From positions 1 through 43,350 of the forward strand of contig JBQCJC010000419.1 of assembly GCA_051953135.1 (NCBI GenBank): a stretch of 43,350 bases of DNA, given 5' to 3'. The notes beneath the pieces are model-generated. The model was not told where the DNA came from, ran no database searches, and saw nothing but the letters and a program-made list of their open reading frames with translations. This document shows positions 34,539 to 43,080 of this stretch, in pieces. The position numbers and the translations under genes are program-made. The stretch is from Thermoanaerobaculia bacterium. GTDB taxonomy: Bacteria; Acidobacteriota; Thermoanaerobaculia; Gp7-AA8. Within the stretch, counting starts at the first letter, position 1. Every line of letters starts with the position of its first letter.

Positions 34539-35465
34539 GTGAAGAGTAAGAACCTGGAATGGCTTGGTGGGCGCTTTGCGCTTCCTGATTTTGTGGAAGC
34601 GGGGGCGCGCGATGTGATCTTGTGGCTGGAGATGCCGACTGGCGTCGTCGTCAGCGCGATGCTCGTGACGGGCGAGGTCGCATTCGCCGAGACGTTCAGC
34701 GACGCGACGATGAATCCGATGCACGGCATCGCGCGAAAGCCATCGCGCATTCGTGTGGCGAGTGAAACGCTCGCGAAGGAATTGCGCAAGGTGGCCGGCG
34801 AGATTCCGATCAGCGTCGGTCCGCTGCCGGAGCTCGATGCGGCCTTCGAAGATTTCGTCGCGATCCTCGGCGAGCAGGACGACGAGGAAGAAGAAGCAAG
34901 CTATCTCGCATCCGCCGACGCGCAAACGATTCGCGATTTCTTCGAGACCGCCGCGGCGTTTCATCGCGTCGCACCGTGGCAGTTCGTCTTCGACATGCAT
35001 CTGCTGCGCGTCGACATTCCGAAGTACAACATCGACGGTGGCGTGCTGACGATCATCGGCAGCGCGGGTGAAAGCACGGGCCTGCTGCTGTTCACCTCGA
35101 TGGAAGACTTTATCGCGTTCAACGAACAGGAACCGCGCGAGCCGCAGCTCGAACCGATTCTGCGATCGCTGTCGTATGTCGAACCGGACATGCTCTCCGA
35201 ATTGATGCGCGCGGAGATCGAAGAACACAAATGGCCGGTCGTGGATCCGAACGCGGTGCCGACGTACTTCGTCGTCGACGCGGATCGTGAGCCGCTCGAT
35301 CCGGATGAGCGCGACGTGAACGTGCTCACCGCGACGACGCGCGCGTTCCTCGCGTTCTTCGCGAAGCATCGCGACATCTTCAGCGACGACAATCCCGCGG
35401 TCGTACAGTTCTCGGCAACGGATGATCGCGATGTGACGGTCACGATCACCGCGCCATTCGTTTGA
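34539..35465 (+). CDS. Acidic cytoplasmic hypothetical protein
   Basis: 308 aa, GTG start 25 nt after the previous stop (start uncertain). No TM or signal peptide. Acidic stretch GEQDDEEEEASY. No recognised motif. Its stop abuts the stop of the convergent DUF2235 gene. Confidence 0.55.
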   Translation: MKSKNLEWLGGRFALPDFVEAGARDVILWLEMPTGVVVSAMLVTGEVAFAETFSDATMNPMHGIARKPSRIRVASETLAKELRKVAGEIPISVGPLPELDAAFEDFVAILGEQDDEEEEASYLASADAQTIRDFFETAAAFHRVAPWQFVFDMHLLRVDIPKYNIDGGVLTIIGSAGESTGLLLFTSMEDFIAFNEQEPREPQLEPILRSLSYVEPDMLSELMRAEIEEHKWPVVDPNAVPTYFVVDADREPLDPDERDVNVLTATTRAFLAFFAKHRDIFSDDNPAVVQFSATDDRDVTVTITAPFV

Positions 35466-36704
35466 TCACGACGTCGCAGGCACCGGCTTCACGCCTTTCG
35501 CACGGAGCTTGTCGATGTGCTTCAGCACATCGTTCGGCAGCGTGCCGAACGCGCTGAGATCGCGTTGCGCGGCGAGATATTCGATGACATTGTCCGGCCG
35601 GTAGTTCGCGTCGATGCGCATCTTCCTGAACACGGACTCGTCGATCTCGGTATTCGCACCGTGAATCACGCGTTTGCCTTTGCCGACGCGGAAGCGAATG
35701 CCTTCGATGATTTTGTACGAGAGTCCCCACGACTCGTACACTTTCGCCTCGACGTGCGCTTCGAATGGTTTCAGGAACTCGTTGTCGACGCGCAGGCCTT
35801 CCGCGGTCGCGCCTTCGAGAATCCACTGCAGCGCGATGTTCGCGAGACCGTCGGTCTGCAATCCGCCGCCGATGTTCGAGTGCACGCCCGGAAACCAGCG
35901 CTGCTGCATCGTCTGATCGGGGCGCGTTTCGGTCCAGATCTCGGGGCGAAAATCGTAGCGCTTCTCATCGACCGCGAGCGCTTGTCGCGCATGCCGCACG
36001 CACGGCGACGGCGCTTTCCCCGTGTGAAACGTGCGCCCCGCCTCGGATGTCTCCGCACCCGTTGCCGCGAACCGCGAGCCTAACGAAGCAACCGTGTCCC
36101 ACACGCCGAGGTAGCGAACGTTGACGGGATGGAAAACGATGGCGTAGCGATTGTTCGGATTCGCATTCGTCTCGCGCTTGCGATTGATTTGTTCGCGGAA
36201 CCGCTCGAACTCATTCGCATCGCCATGCGACTCGACGTAGTGACGGAAGAACAGCGGAAGGTAATACGCGTCGCGCTTCGCGGGCAGTCCCCCGCTCCAT
36301 TCGAGAAAGCGCGTGACCGCGCGCGCCGTCGCCGCTCCGCGACTGAATCCGAAGATGAACACTTCATCGCCGGGCTCGTGATTCAGCACGAGGAAATGCA
36401 GCGCGTCTTCGACATTGCCTTCGAATCCCGCACCGTACGCGCCGCCGAGAATCTTGTCGGAGCGATACAACAATCGATTCGCGAGCCCCGGATATCGCGC
36501 GAGCGATCCGACACCGATGTCGTAGTACGTGAGCTGCGGCCGGTCGGCGGAAGACAACACCGAACGACAAATCTTCAGCGTGTTCGTCGGACGCAGAACC
36601 TTGTCGCCCGTTTCGCGCTCGCTCTCATTCGCCGTACTGTTCCACGTCCCATCGAGACAAACGACGAGCCTTCGGCCCGCTACCGCAGTCGAGTTGTCGG
36701 TCAT
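35466..36704 (-). CDS. DUF2235-family alpha/beta hydrolase (T6SS Tle1-like phospholipase fold)
   Basis: 412 aa. LVVCLDGTWNS, YYDIGVGS, nucleophile elbow IFGFSRGAATARA (GxSxG), YLGVWDTVASLG, WFPGVHSNIGGG. No signal peptide. Lies 38 nt downstream of emrA on the same strand. Confidence 0.82.
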   Translation of the reverse strand: MTDNSTAVAGRRLVVCLDGTWNSTANESERETGDKVLRPTNTLKICRSVLSSADRPQLTYYDIGVGSLARYPGLANRLLYRSDKILGGAYGAGFEGNVEDALHFLVLNHEPGDEVFIFGFSRGAATARAVTRFLEWSGGLPAKRDAYYLPLFFRHYVESHGDANEFERFREQINRKRETNANPNNRYAIVFHPVNVRYLGVWDTVASLGSRFAATGAETSEAGRTFHTGKAPSPCVRHARQALAVDEKRYDFRPEIWTETRPDQTMQQRWFPGVHSNIGGGLQTDGLANIALQWILEGATAEGLRVDNEFLKPFEAHVEAKVYESWGLSYKIIEGIRFRVGKGKRVIHGANTEIDESVFRKMRIDANYRPDNVIEYLAAQRDLSAFGTLPNDVLKHIDKLRAKGVKPVPATS

Positions 36705-36742
36705 GTCAAGGAGTGGCGGGAGGGAGGGAAATCCCTACCTCC

Positions 36743-37939
36743 TCACTCCTTCGTATAAACCGTCACTTCCGCGCTCGAGCCTGCCGCGATGCGATCGCTC
36801 GTCGGGCCGTTCCATGAAATGCGCACCGGAACGCGCTGCACGACCTTCACGAAATTGCCGCTCGCGTTGTCCGGCGGGAGCATCGAAAAGCTCGCGCCCG
36901 TACCGCCGCTCAGCGACTCGACCTTGCCTTCGAACTCATCGCTGCCGAACGCGTCGACTTTGATGTGAACCTTCTGACCGGCGCGCATCGCGCGCACCTG
37001 CGTCTCTTTGAAGTTCGCGATGAGATACGTCTGCTTCGGCACGAGCTGCACGATCGCCTGCCCCGCCGTGACGAGCGATCCGACGCGCGCGGAGAGTTTC
37101 GATGCGATGCCGTCCGACGGCGCGATGATCTTCGTGTACGACAACGCGAGCTTCGCGGCATCGAGCGCGGCTTGCGCGGTGCGCACCTTCGCTCGGGAGA
37201 GAGTCGCCGTCGCTTCCGCGGCGCTCACCTGCGCTTCGACCGGCGCGCTCTGCGCGAGCCGTCCCTGCGCCTGCTTCACATTCGCCGCGGCGAGTTGCTG
37301 TGCGGTCGACGCGCTCTGCAAACGCGCGTGCGCTGCAGCGAGCTCCGCCTGCGCCGACTCATTCGCGGCGCGTGCGGTATCGACCTGCGCGCGCGAGATG
37401 TCGCCTTTGTCGCCGAGCTCTTTCGCGCGCGTCCAATCGGCCGCGGCTTTCGCTGCATTCGCTTCCGCGCGCTGCACGCCGGCGCGCGCTTCATTCACCG
37501 TGCTCGCCTGCGCGGACACGCTCTGCTGCGAGCTTTCCACCGCGCCCTGCGCCGCGGTGAGACCTCCGGTCGCGGTCGCGCGTGCAATGCGCAACTTCGC
37601 TTCCGACTCCGCCGCTTGCGCCTGCGCCGTTGCCAGCTCGCCTTCCGCCTGCGCGACTTTCACTTCGTAATCGCGCGGATCGAGCTCGGCGATGAGCGTG
37701 CCTTTCGTGACGAGTTGATTCTCCGTCACGTGCACCGCCACCACCTGACCCGCAACGCGCGGCGCGACCGGCACGATGTCCGCCATCACCTGCGCATCGT
37801 CGGTCGTTTCCTTGCCCCTCGAAAGCAACGCGTACGCGCCGTACGCAATCAACACCAACACCACCACCGCGGCGAGAATCGTGTACAGCCGCTTCGCGCG
37901 CCGCGGCGCGATGACCGGTTCTTTGTCCTTCAGATCCAT
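36743..37939 (-). CDS. emrA: HlyD/EmrA-family membrane fusion (periplasmic adaptor) protein
   Basis: Trimmed from ORF 36743..38875 to ATG 37939 (TGATG overlap with the emrB stop). 398 aa. TM LYTILAAVVVLVLIAYGAYALL, GQVVAVHVTENQLVTKGTLIAELD, a long Ala/Gln coiled coil, YTKIIAPSDGIAS, FVKVVQRVPVRI. Confidence 0.9.
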   Translation of the reverse strand: MDLKDKEPVIAPRRAKRLYTILAAVVVLVLIAYGAYALLSRGKETTDDAQVMADIVPVAPRVAGQVVAVHVTENQLVTKGTLIAELDPRDYEVKVAQAEGELATAQAQAAESEAKLRIARATATGGLTAAQGAVESSQQSVSAQASTVNEARAGVQRAEANAAKAAADWTRAKELGDKGDISRAQVDTARAANESAQAELAAAHARLQSASTAQQLAAANVKQAQGRLAQSAPVEAQVSAAEATATLSRAKVRTAQAALDAAKLALSYTKIIAPSDGIASKLSARVGSLVTAGQAIVQLVPKQTYLIANFKETQVRAMRAGQKVHIKVDAFGSDEFEGKVESLSGGTGASFSMLPPDNASGNFVKVVQRVPVRISWNGPTSDRIAAGSSAEVTVYTKE

Positions 37940-39534
37940 CACATCTCCACGTGAACTTCGATCTTCTCGCCGGTCGGTTTCGCACGCAGCAGAAACACGA
38001 GCGGCAGCACACACAGAAAACAAATCCCAGCGAGGTAGAACAGCTTCTCGAACGCCAGCACCATCGCCTGCTGACGCACGATTCCGTCGATCATCTGCGC
38101 GGACAAATGATTCGCCGACGCGGGATCCGCTCCGCGCGCCGCGAGCATTCGTCCGATCGCACTGAATCGCGCGTTCGCAAAGGGATTGGCCGGATCGAGA
38201 TGCGCGATCAACGTGCCGCGCGCTTTCGTCGCGAAACGCGAGAGCAGCGTCGCGAAGACCGCCAGTCCGATCGAGCCGCCGACCTGACGCAAAAGTGAAT
38301 TGAGTCCCGATGCGTCCGCGAGTCGATGTCGAGGAATGCTCGACAACGCCAGCGTCGTCAACGGAATGAACAAACAACTGAACGCGACGCCCTGAATCAT
38401 CAGCACGTGCACGATGTCCGCGCGGCTCGTAGCCAGCGTGTAGTGGCCCATCATCCACGCGGTCACCGCGAACAAGCAGATACCGAATGCGATGACGAGG
38501 CGCGGCGAGACTTTGTTGTAGATGCGACCGATGATCGGCATGCAGACGATCATCACCAGTGATCGCGGCATCATCGCGATGCCGGCTTGTGTCGCGGAGT
38601 AGCCGAGCATCGTCTGCATGAACAGCGGCAGCAGGAATGTGACCGCCATCAGCATCGCGAACATGACCGCGCCGACGAGCGTGCCCGAAAGAAACACGAC
38701 ATCGCGGAACAACGAAAAGTCCGCGGCCGGAACTTTCGCGGAGAGCTCGCGAATGACGAGCGCGATCAGCGACACGATCGAGATGAACGCGAGCGCGGTG
38801 ATTTCGCCGGAGTTGAACCAGTCGTTGCGATTGCCTTCTTCGAGCACGTACTGCAGCGTCGAGAGTCCGACGCACAACAACACGATGCCGGTCCAGTCCA
38901 TGTGCGCGCGCTGCTGAATCGCCATCTGCTGATTCATCGCGCGAATGTCTTCGGGCTCATGCACGAAGCGCGAGACCATGACGAGAGAGATCAGTCCGAC
39001 CGGAACGTTGATGAAGAAGATCCACGGCCACGAGTAGTTGTCGACGATGTAGCCACCTAACGTCGGGCCGAATGCAGGTCCGAGGACGACGGCCATACCG
39101 AAAACGGCCATGGCCATGCCTTGTTCGGCCGGCGGAAACGTTTGTCGAAGGATGGCCTGCTCGGTGGGTTGCAGTGCGCCGGCGCCGAGGCCTTGGAGCA
39201 CGCGGAAGACGACGAGCATCGGGAGCGTGCGCGCGAACCCGCACAACACGGATCCGAGGATGAAGAGAATTAAGGATGCGAGGTAAACGCGCTTCTGTCC
39301 GAAGAGGCGCGCGAGAAATCCGGTGAGCGGCATCACGAGCACGGTCGAGATGACGAAGCCGGTGGTGACCCAGGTGATCTGTTCGATCGTCGCGCCGAGG
39401 GAGCCTTGAAGGTGCGGGACCGCGACGTTGACGATCGATGCGTCGATGGCGCCCATCAACGTGCCGAAGGTCACGGAGATCGTGACCAGCCATTTGTTGA
39501 CGGGCGGTCGCGTCGGTGTGATGACTTCGCTCAC
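37939..39534 (-). CDS. emrB: MFS drug:H+ antiporter, DHA2 (EmrB/QacA, 14-TMS) family
   Basis: 531 aa, GTG start (GTGA overlap with the upstream stop). WLVTISVTFGTLMGAIDASIVNVAVPHL, LARLFGQKRVYLASLILFILGS, and many TM segments throughout. Confidence 0.9.
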   Translation of the reverse strand: MSEVITPTRPPVNKWLVTISVTFGTLMGAIDASIVNVAVPHLQGSLGATIEQITWVTTGFVISTVLVMPLTGFLARLFGQKRVYLASLILFILGSVLCGFARTLPMLVVFRVLQGLGAGALQPTEQAILRQTFPPAEQGMAMAVFGMAVVLGPAFGPTLGGYIVDNYSWPWIFFINVPVGLISLVMVSRFVHEPEDIRAMNQQMAIQQRAHMDWTGIVLLCVGLSTLQYVLEEGNRNDWFNSGEITALAFISIVSLIALVIRELSAKVPAADFSLFRDVVFLSGTLVGAVMFAMLMAVTFLLPLFMQTMLGYSATQAGIAMMPRSLVMIVCMPIIGRIYNKVSPRLVIAFGICLFAVTAWMMGHYTLATSRADIVHVLMIQGVAFSCLFIPLTTLALSSIPRHRLADASGLNSLLRQVGGSIGLAVFATLLSRFATKARGTLIAHLDPANPFANARFSAIGRMLAARGADPASANHLSAQMIDGIVRQQAMVLAFEKLFYLAGICFLCVLPLVFLLRAKPTGEKIEVHVEM

Positions 39535-40853
39535 TGCGGTTCTTTCTCCGCGTCGCGCGCGAGCGTGCCGGTCGCGTACTGCACCTGCACGGACGCGAGC
39601 GCGGCATCGGCCTGCGCCGCAATCAAGTCTTCCTGCGCCTGCCGATACGCATCCTCGGCACGATCGACTTCCACCGGCGATCCGTATCCCGCCGAGCGCC
39701 GATCGCGCGAGATCGTGAGCGCGTCTTCCGCGACCTTCACGGTCTCATTCGCGACTGCAACGCGCGCTTCCGCATTCTGCAAATTCAAAATCGACGTGCG
39801 CACCTGTTGCTCGACGCTGCGATTCGCTTCGCTCGCACGTGTGCGAACGTCTTCGAGCTCGAGTCGTGCACGAGCAATGTTCGCGGGGATATCGCCGTGA
39901 AACAACGGCATCACGATCGATCCGCCGATGCGACGGCTCGAATGCATTTCGTCCGTGGTGTTGCCCGCGAAGTCGCCCTGAAATCCGACTTCGAGCCGCG
40001 GAATGCGACGCGCTTTCGCGGAGCTGAGCGTGAGCTCGGCGGCTTTCGTCGCGGCTTCGACTTCGCGAAGCTCGGGACGCTGATCGTGCGCGGTGCTGAG
40101 CGCCGCATCGATCGTCGGGGCGTCCGAGGGTGCGGTCAGCGGCGTGAGCGCGACTTCGGTCGACTGATCCTCACCCATCGCGTTGAGCAATGCGATGCGC
40201 GCGGATTCGCGATCGTTCTGCGCGCGCAGCAACGCTTCGCGTGCGCGAGCGAGCTGCACGTTCGCCTGAGCAACATCGAGTCGCGTGCCGGTGCCGGCGT
40301 CGAATTCATCCTGCGCGACTTTGCGGAGTTGCTCGAACAGACGCACGTTCGCTTCGCGCGCGGCGGCCTGCGCATCGGCGCGCTGCACCATGACGTAGAG
40401 ACGCGCGACGCTGATCGTCACGTCGTTCTGCGCCTGCTGCAAACGATAGCGGCTCGCTTCGACGCCGGCCTGTGAGGCCTGGTAGTAACGAATCGCGGCG
40501 AGGTTGAAGAGCTGCACGGCGGCGGTGACCTGTGCGTCGGTGACGTTGAAGGGACCGATGACCGGCGGCTGTCCCGGCAGTTCGAAGCCGAAGGTGGCGA
40601 GGTTGATGGACTCGCTGTACTGCATGACCTTCGCGTCGGCTTGCGGGAGGAGTCCGGAGAGTGCTTCCCGTCGTGCGATCTGCGCGCGCTCGGCCTGCGA
40701 CTGCGCGAGCCTGGCGACGGTGCCTTCCCGGAGCGCGGAAGCAACGGCGTCCTGCAGCGAGAGCTGTCGAGGGGCCGCGGCGGCGCTGAACGTGACAGCG
40801 AGGAGGAGAAGAGAAGATGCGATTCTTGACATCGACAGACCAGACCAAATCAT
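39531..40853 (-). CDS. TolC-family outer membrane efflux protein
   Basis: 440 aa (alternative ATG at 40832 gives the signal peptide MSRIASSLLLLAVTFSAAAAP). Duplicated coiled-coil/beta architecture with LSLQDAVASAL, typical Ala/Gln/Arg-rich helices, and YRQAQEDLIAAQ. Confidence 0.85.
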   Translation of the reverse strand: MIWSGLSMSRIASSLLLLAVTFSAAAAPRQLSLQDAVASALREGTVARLAQSQAERAQIARREALSGLLPQADAKVMQYSESINLATFGFELPGQPPVIGPFNVTDAQVTAAVQLFNLAAIRYYQASQAGVEASRYRLQQAQNDVTISVARLYVMVQRADAQAAAREANVRLFEQLRKVAQDEFDAGTGTRLDVAQANVQLARAREALLRAQNDRESARIALLNAMGEDQSTEVALTPLTAPSDAPTIDAALSTAHDQRPELREVEAATKAAELTLSSAKARRIPRLEVGFQGDFAGNTTDEMHSSRRIGGSIVMPLFHGDIPANIARARLELEDVRTRASEANRSVEQQVRTSILNLQNAEARVAVANETVKVAEDALTISRDRRSAGYGSPVEVDRAEDAYRQAQEDLIAAQADAALASVQVQYATGTLARDAEKEPQ

Positions 40854-40865
40854 TTCGGTGATTCG

Positions 40866-40890
40866 AATATTTCGGCGACCGAAGTAAATT
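40866..40890. promoter_or_regulatory. Imperfect inverted repeat TTCGG-N3-CCGAA with AT-rich flanks between marR and the tolC-like gene; candidate MarR operator
   Basis: AATATTTCGG-CGA-CCGAAGTAAATT. The adjacent perfect palindrome ATTCGAAT lies at 40861..40868. The 9-mer CCGAAGTAA (40879..40887) recurs at 41334..41342. Confidence 0.3.
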
Positions 40891-40901
40891 TTTTATGCAG
40901 G

Positions 40902-41333
40902 TTACTCGACAGGGCGGGCGACGCGACGAAACATGTTCAACAGAGTCTTGCGCTGGCCGGGCTCGAGACGCTCGAGCATGGCCCGTCCAAGACGAATGCG
41001 GTCGGCGATCAAGCCGTCCAGCGCCTTCTTCCCGCGGGTGGTAAGCATCACCCGTACCGTGCGGCGGTCGCTGTCGGGTCGGGCACGTTCCACGAGCCGT
41101 TTTTCGACCAGGCGATCGACGATGCCGGTGCTGCTCGAGAGGGCCAGACCGAGGTGGGCGGAGATGTCGGACATGTTCGACGCTCCCTGCTCCCCGAGCA
41201 TGCGCAGCAGGGACTTCTCGCTGGCGGTGAAACTGCCGGTCTGGTTCGTGACCAGGAACTCGCGAACGAGCTGATCGAAGCAACCCATCAGCTCCTGCGC
41301 CATTTCTTCTACGTCGTCCGAATACTTCGTCAT
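40902..41333 (-). CDS. MarR-family transcriptional regulator
   Basis: 143 aa. Winged-HTH region ASNMSDISAHLGLALSSSTGIVDRLVEKRLVERARPDSDRRTVRVMLTTRGKKAL. Confidence 0.9.
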   Translation of the reverse strand: MTKYSDDVEEMAQELMGCFDQLVREFLVTNQTGSFTASEKSLLRMLGEQGASNMSDISAHLGLALSSSTGIVDRLVEKRLVERARPDSDRRTVRVMLTTRGKKALDGLIADRIRLGRAMLERLEPGQRKTLLNMFRRVARPVE

Positions 41334-41374
41334 CCGAAGTAATCATACACGAGGAGGAGGCGGAGTATTTTCGG
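41334..41374. promoter_or_regulatory. marR / hydrolase divergent intergenic region carrying the second CCGAAGTAA copy and an inverted TTCGG
   Basis: CCGAAGTAA at 41334..41342, directly abutting the marR start codon. TATTTTCGG at 41366..41374 lies in inverted orientation. Confidence 0.3.
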
Positions 41375-41413
41375 TTGCGCCATCCGGCAGGCGTTTTGAA
41401 CGCGACGCGGGTG

Positions 41414-42265
41414 ATGAGCTCATTCGAAATTGACGGCGCTGAGCTGACAGTCCGCCTCGCGGGCGACCGACAGAAACCAGCACTTCTTCTCCTTCACGGC
41501 TTTCCAAGGTCCTCGGCATCGTTCCGAAACGTGATCCAACCTCTCGCTCGGGAGTGCTTTGTGATCGCGCCGGATCTTCCCGGCTTCGGCGGCTCAGCGC
41601 CGATCGAGCATCCGTCGTTTTCTCGATTCGCGGACGTCATCGATCGACTGCTTGCGCAGCTCGGAGTGGAGTCGTTCTACCTCTATCTTCATGATTACGG
41701 AGCGGCTGTGGGACTTCAGCTCGCGACGCGCGCTCCGCGCAAAATTCGCGGCTTCATCATCCAGAACGCGAATGCACACGAGGCCGGGCTCGGGCCTCAA
41801 TGGTCGGCGACGAGGGCTTACTGGTCTGACCCGAATGCAACGCGAGAAGCCGAGGCGACCGCGCATCTGACGCGCGAAGGAGTGCGCGATCAGTATGTGG
41901 GCCGCATCCCTCAAGACATCGCAACGCGCATCGATTCTCGGTTGTGGGAAGAGGACTGGCGCGTCATGTCGCTGCCCGGGCGGCTGGAAACGCAACGCGC
42001 GCTGGTGCTCGACTATCGCAGCCATGTCGCAAGGTTCAAGGAGATCGACGAGTATCTCCGTCGATGGCAGCCGCCCGCACTGATGCTGTGGGGACGTCAC
42101 GACATCTTCTTTGATCTCGAAGAGACGCTTGCGTGGATGAAAGCTCTTCCTCGCATGGAAGCACACATTCTCGACGGCCCGCATTTTCTGCTGGAAACGC
42201 ATGCGGAGGAATGCGCCGCAATGATGAGTGCCTTCGTTCGTCATGTGGAGCGCGCGGACGCCTGA
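41414..42265 (+). CDS. Alpha/beta-fold hydrolase (epoxide hydrolase / haloacid-haloalkane dehalogenase-like, Asp nucleophile)
   Basis: ORF 41375..42265 (TTG). I prefer ATG 41414 (MSSFEIDGAELTV). LLLLHGFPRSSASF, APDLPGFGGS, nucleophile elbow YLHDYGAAVG, C-terminal GPHFLLETH (His). Confidence 0.82.
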   Translation: MSSFEIDGAELTVRLAGDRQKPALLLLHGFPRSSASFRNVIQPLARECFVIAPDLPGFGGSAPIEHPSFSRFADVIDRLLAQLGVESFYLYLHDYGAAVGLQLATRAPRKIRGFIIQNANAHEAGLGPQWSATRAYWSDPNATREAEATAHLTREGVRDQYVGRIPQDIATRIDSRLWEEDWRVMSLPGRLETQRALVLDYRSHVARFKEIDEYLRRWQPPALMLWGRHDIFFDLEETLAWMKALPRMEAHILDGPHFLLETHAEECAAMMSAFVRHVERADA

Positions 42266-42300
42266 CCGATGCCGCGGTCTGCGTGCGATACACTCCATCC

Positions 42301-43080
42301 ATGGCCCTGGCGAACTGGTGGGCGGGCGCTCGTCATCGACTTTCGCAGCGCGCACTGGCGCGACAAGTTGAATATCAACGAGGTGTTGCGCAACGGCTGC
42401 GCGCTCAGGGCGATCAGGCGCCGAGCACGACCGACAGCAGACCGCGGGCAATCGACGAACTGCTGTCTTATGCCCACTTTCCCGAACAATCGCGCGTGCT
42501 CGAAGTCGGCACCGCCGGCCGCGGAGTGCTTTTCTATCTCTCGCCGAAATGGCTGCGCGTAGGAGTCGATCCGTTAGCGCTGGATTACCGATTTCTGTTC
42601 CCGCCGTGGACTCGCAGTGTTCAGACGTGCGCGGCGTTCGGCGAAGAGCTGCCGTTTGGGCACCAGGTATTCGATCTCGTCATTTGTGACAATGTGATCG
42701 ACCACGCGGAAGCGCCGCCTGCCATCCTGCACGAGCTCATTCGCGTCCTTAAGCCGAACGGCCTGCTGTGTTTCACAGTGAATGTGCATCACCCGGTCTA
42801 TCACTATTTTTCACTGGCGCACCGCTTCTGGAACGCGTTAGGCCTGAAGTTTGAGATCGGCCCGTTCGCCGATCACACGTTTCATTTCACTGAAGAGCAA
42901 GTCCGACGATTGTTAGCGACGCTGCCACTGAACGTAGTCACAGAGCGCTGCGACATCGATGGGACGCGTCAGCAGGCAAAAAACCGAAAGCCGCGCCACC
43001 TCGGCGATCGTTTAAAGCGGATCTTTTTCAAGAATGCCCGCTACGTGATGATTGCCACGCGACCTGCCGCAACGGCCTGA
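42301..43080 (+). CDS. Class I SAM-dependent methyltransferase
   Basis: ORF 42133..43080, trimmed to ATG 42301 because the upstream part overlaps the hydrolase gene. VLEVGTAGRGVLFYL (motif I), FDLVICDNVIDH, LKPNGLLCFTV. Confidence 0.78.
   Translation: MALANWWAGARHRLSQRALARQVEYQRGVAQRLRAQGDQAPSTTDSRPRAIDELLSYAHFPEQSRVLEVGTAGRGVLFYLSPKWLRVGVDPLALDYRFLFPPWTRSVQTCAAFGEELPFGHQVFDLVICDNVIDHAEAPPAILHELIRVLKPNGLLCFTVNVHHPVYHYFSLAHRFWNALGLKFEIGPFADHTFHFTEEQVRRLLATLPLNVVTERCDIDGTRQQAKNRKPRHLGDRLKRIFFKNARYVMIATRPAATA

Noticed and set aside
34506-35369. 287-aa minus-strand ORF opposite the acidic 308-aa gene
   Set aside because: Arg/Glu/His-rich low-complexity translation typical of antisense shadow ORFs in GC-rich DNA. 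The plus-strand frame gives the more protein-like sequence. The call is made with moderate confidence only.
36965-37954. 329-aa and 220-aa plus-strand ORFs (36965..37954, 37008..37670) antisense to emrA
   Set aside because: These are Arg/Leu/Cys/Ala-rich repeats generated by the antisense of the Ala/Gln coiled-coil codons of the HlyD-family gene.
37940-38875. Upstream 312 codons of the 710-aa ORF 36743..38875
   Set aside because: It lies entirely inside emrB (37939..39534) in another frame and is Arg/Asp/His-rich nonsense. The EmrA-like protein starts cleanly at ATG 37939 with a TM helix and a TGATG junction.
40306-41346. 346-aa minus-strand ORF spanning the marR and tolC-like genes
   Set aside because: It is in a different frame from two strongly supported genes, is extremely Arg/Pro/Gly-rich, and crosses an intergenic region.
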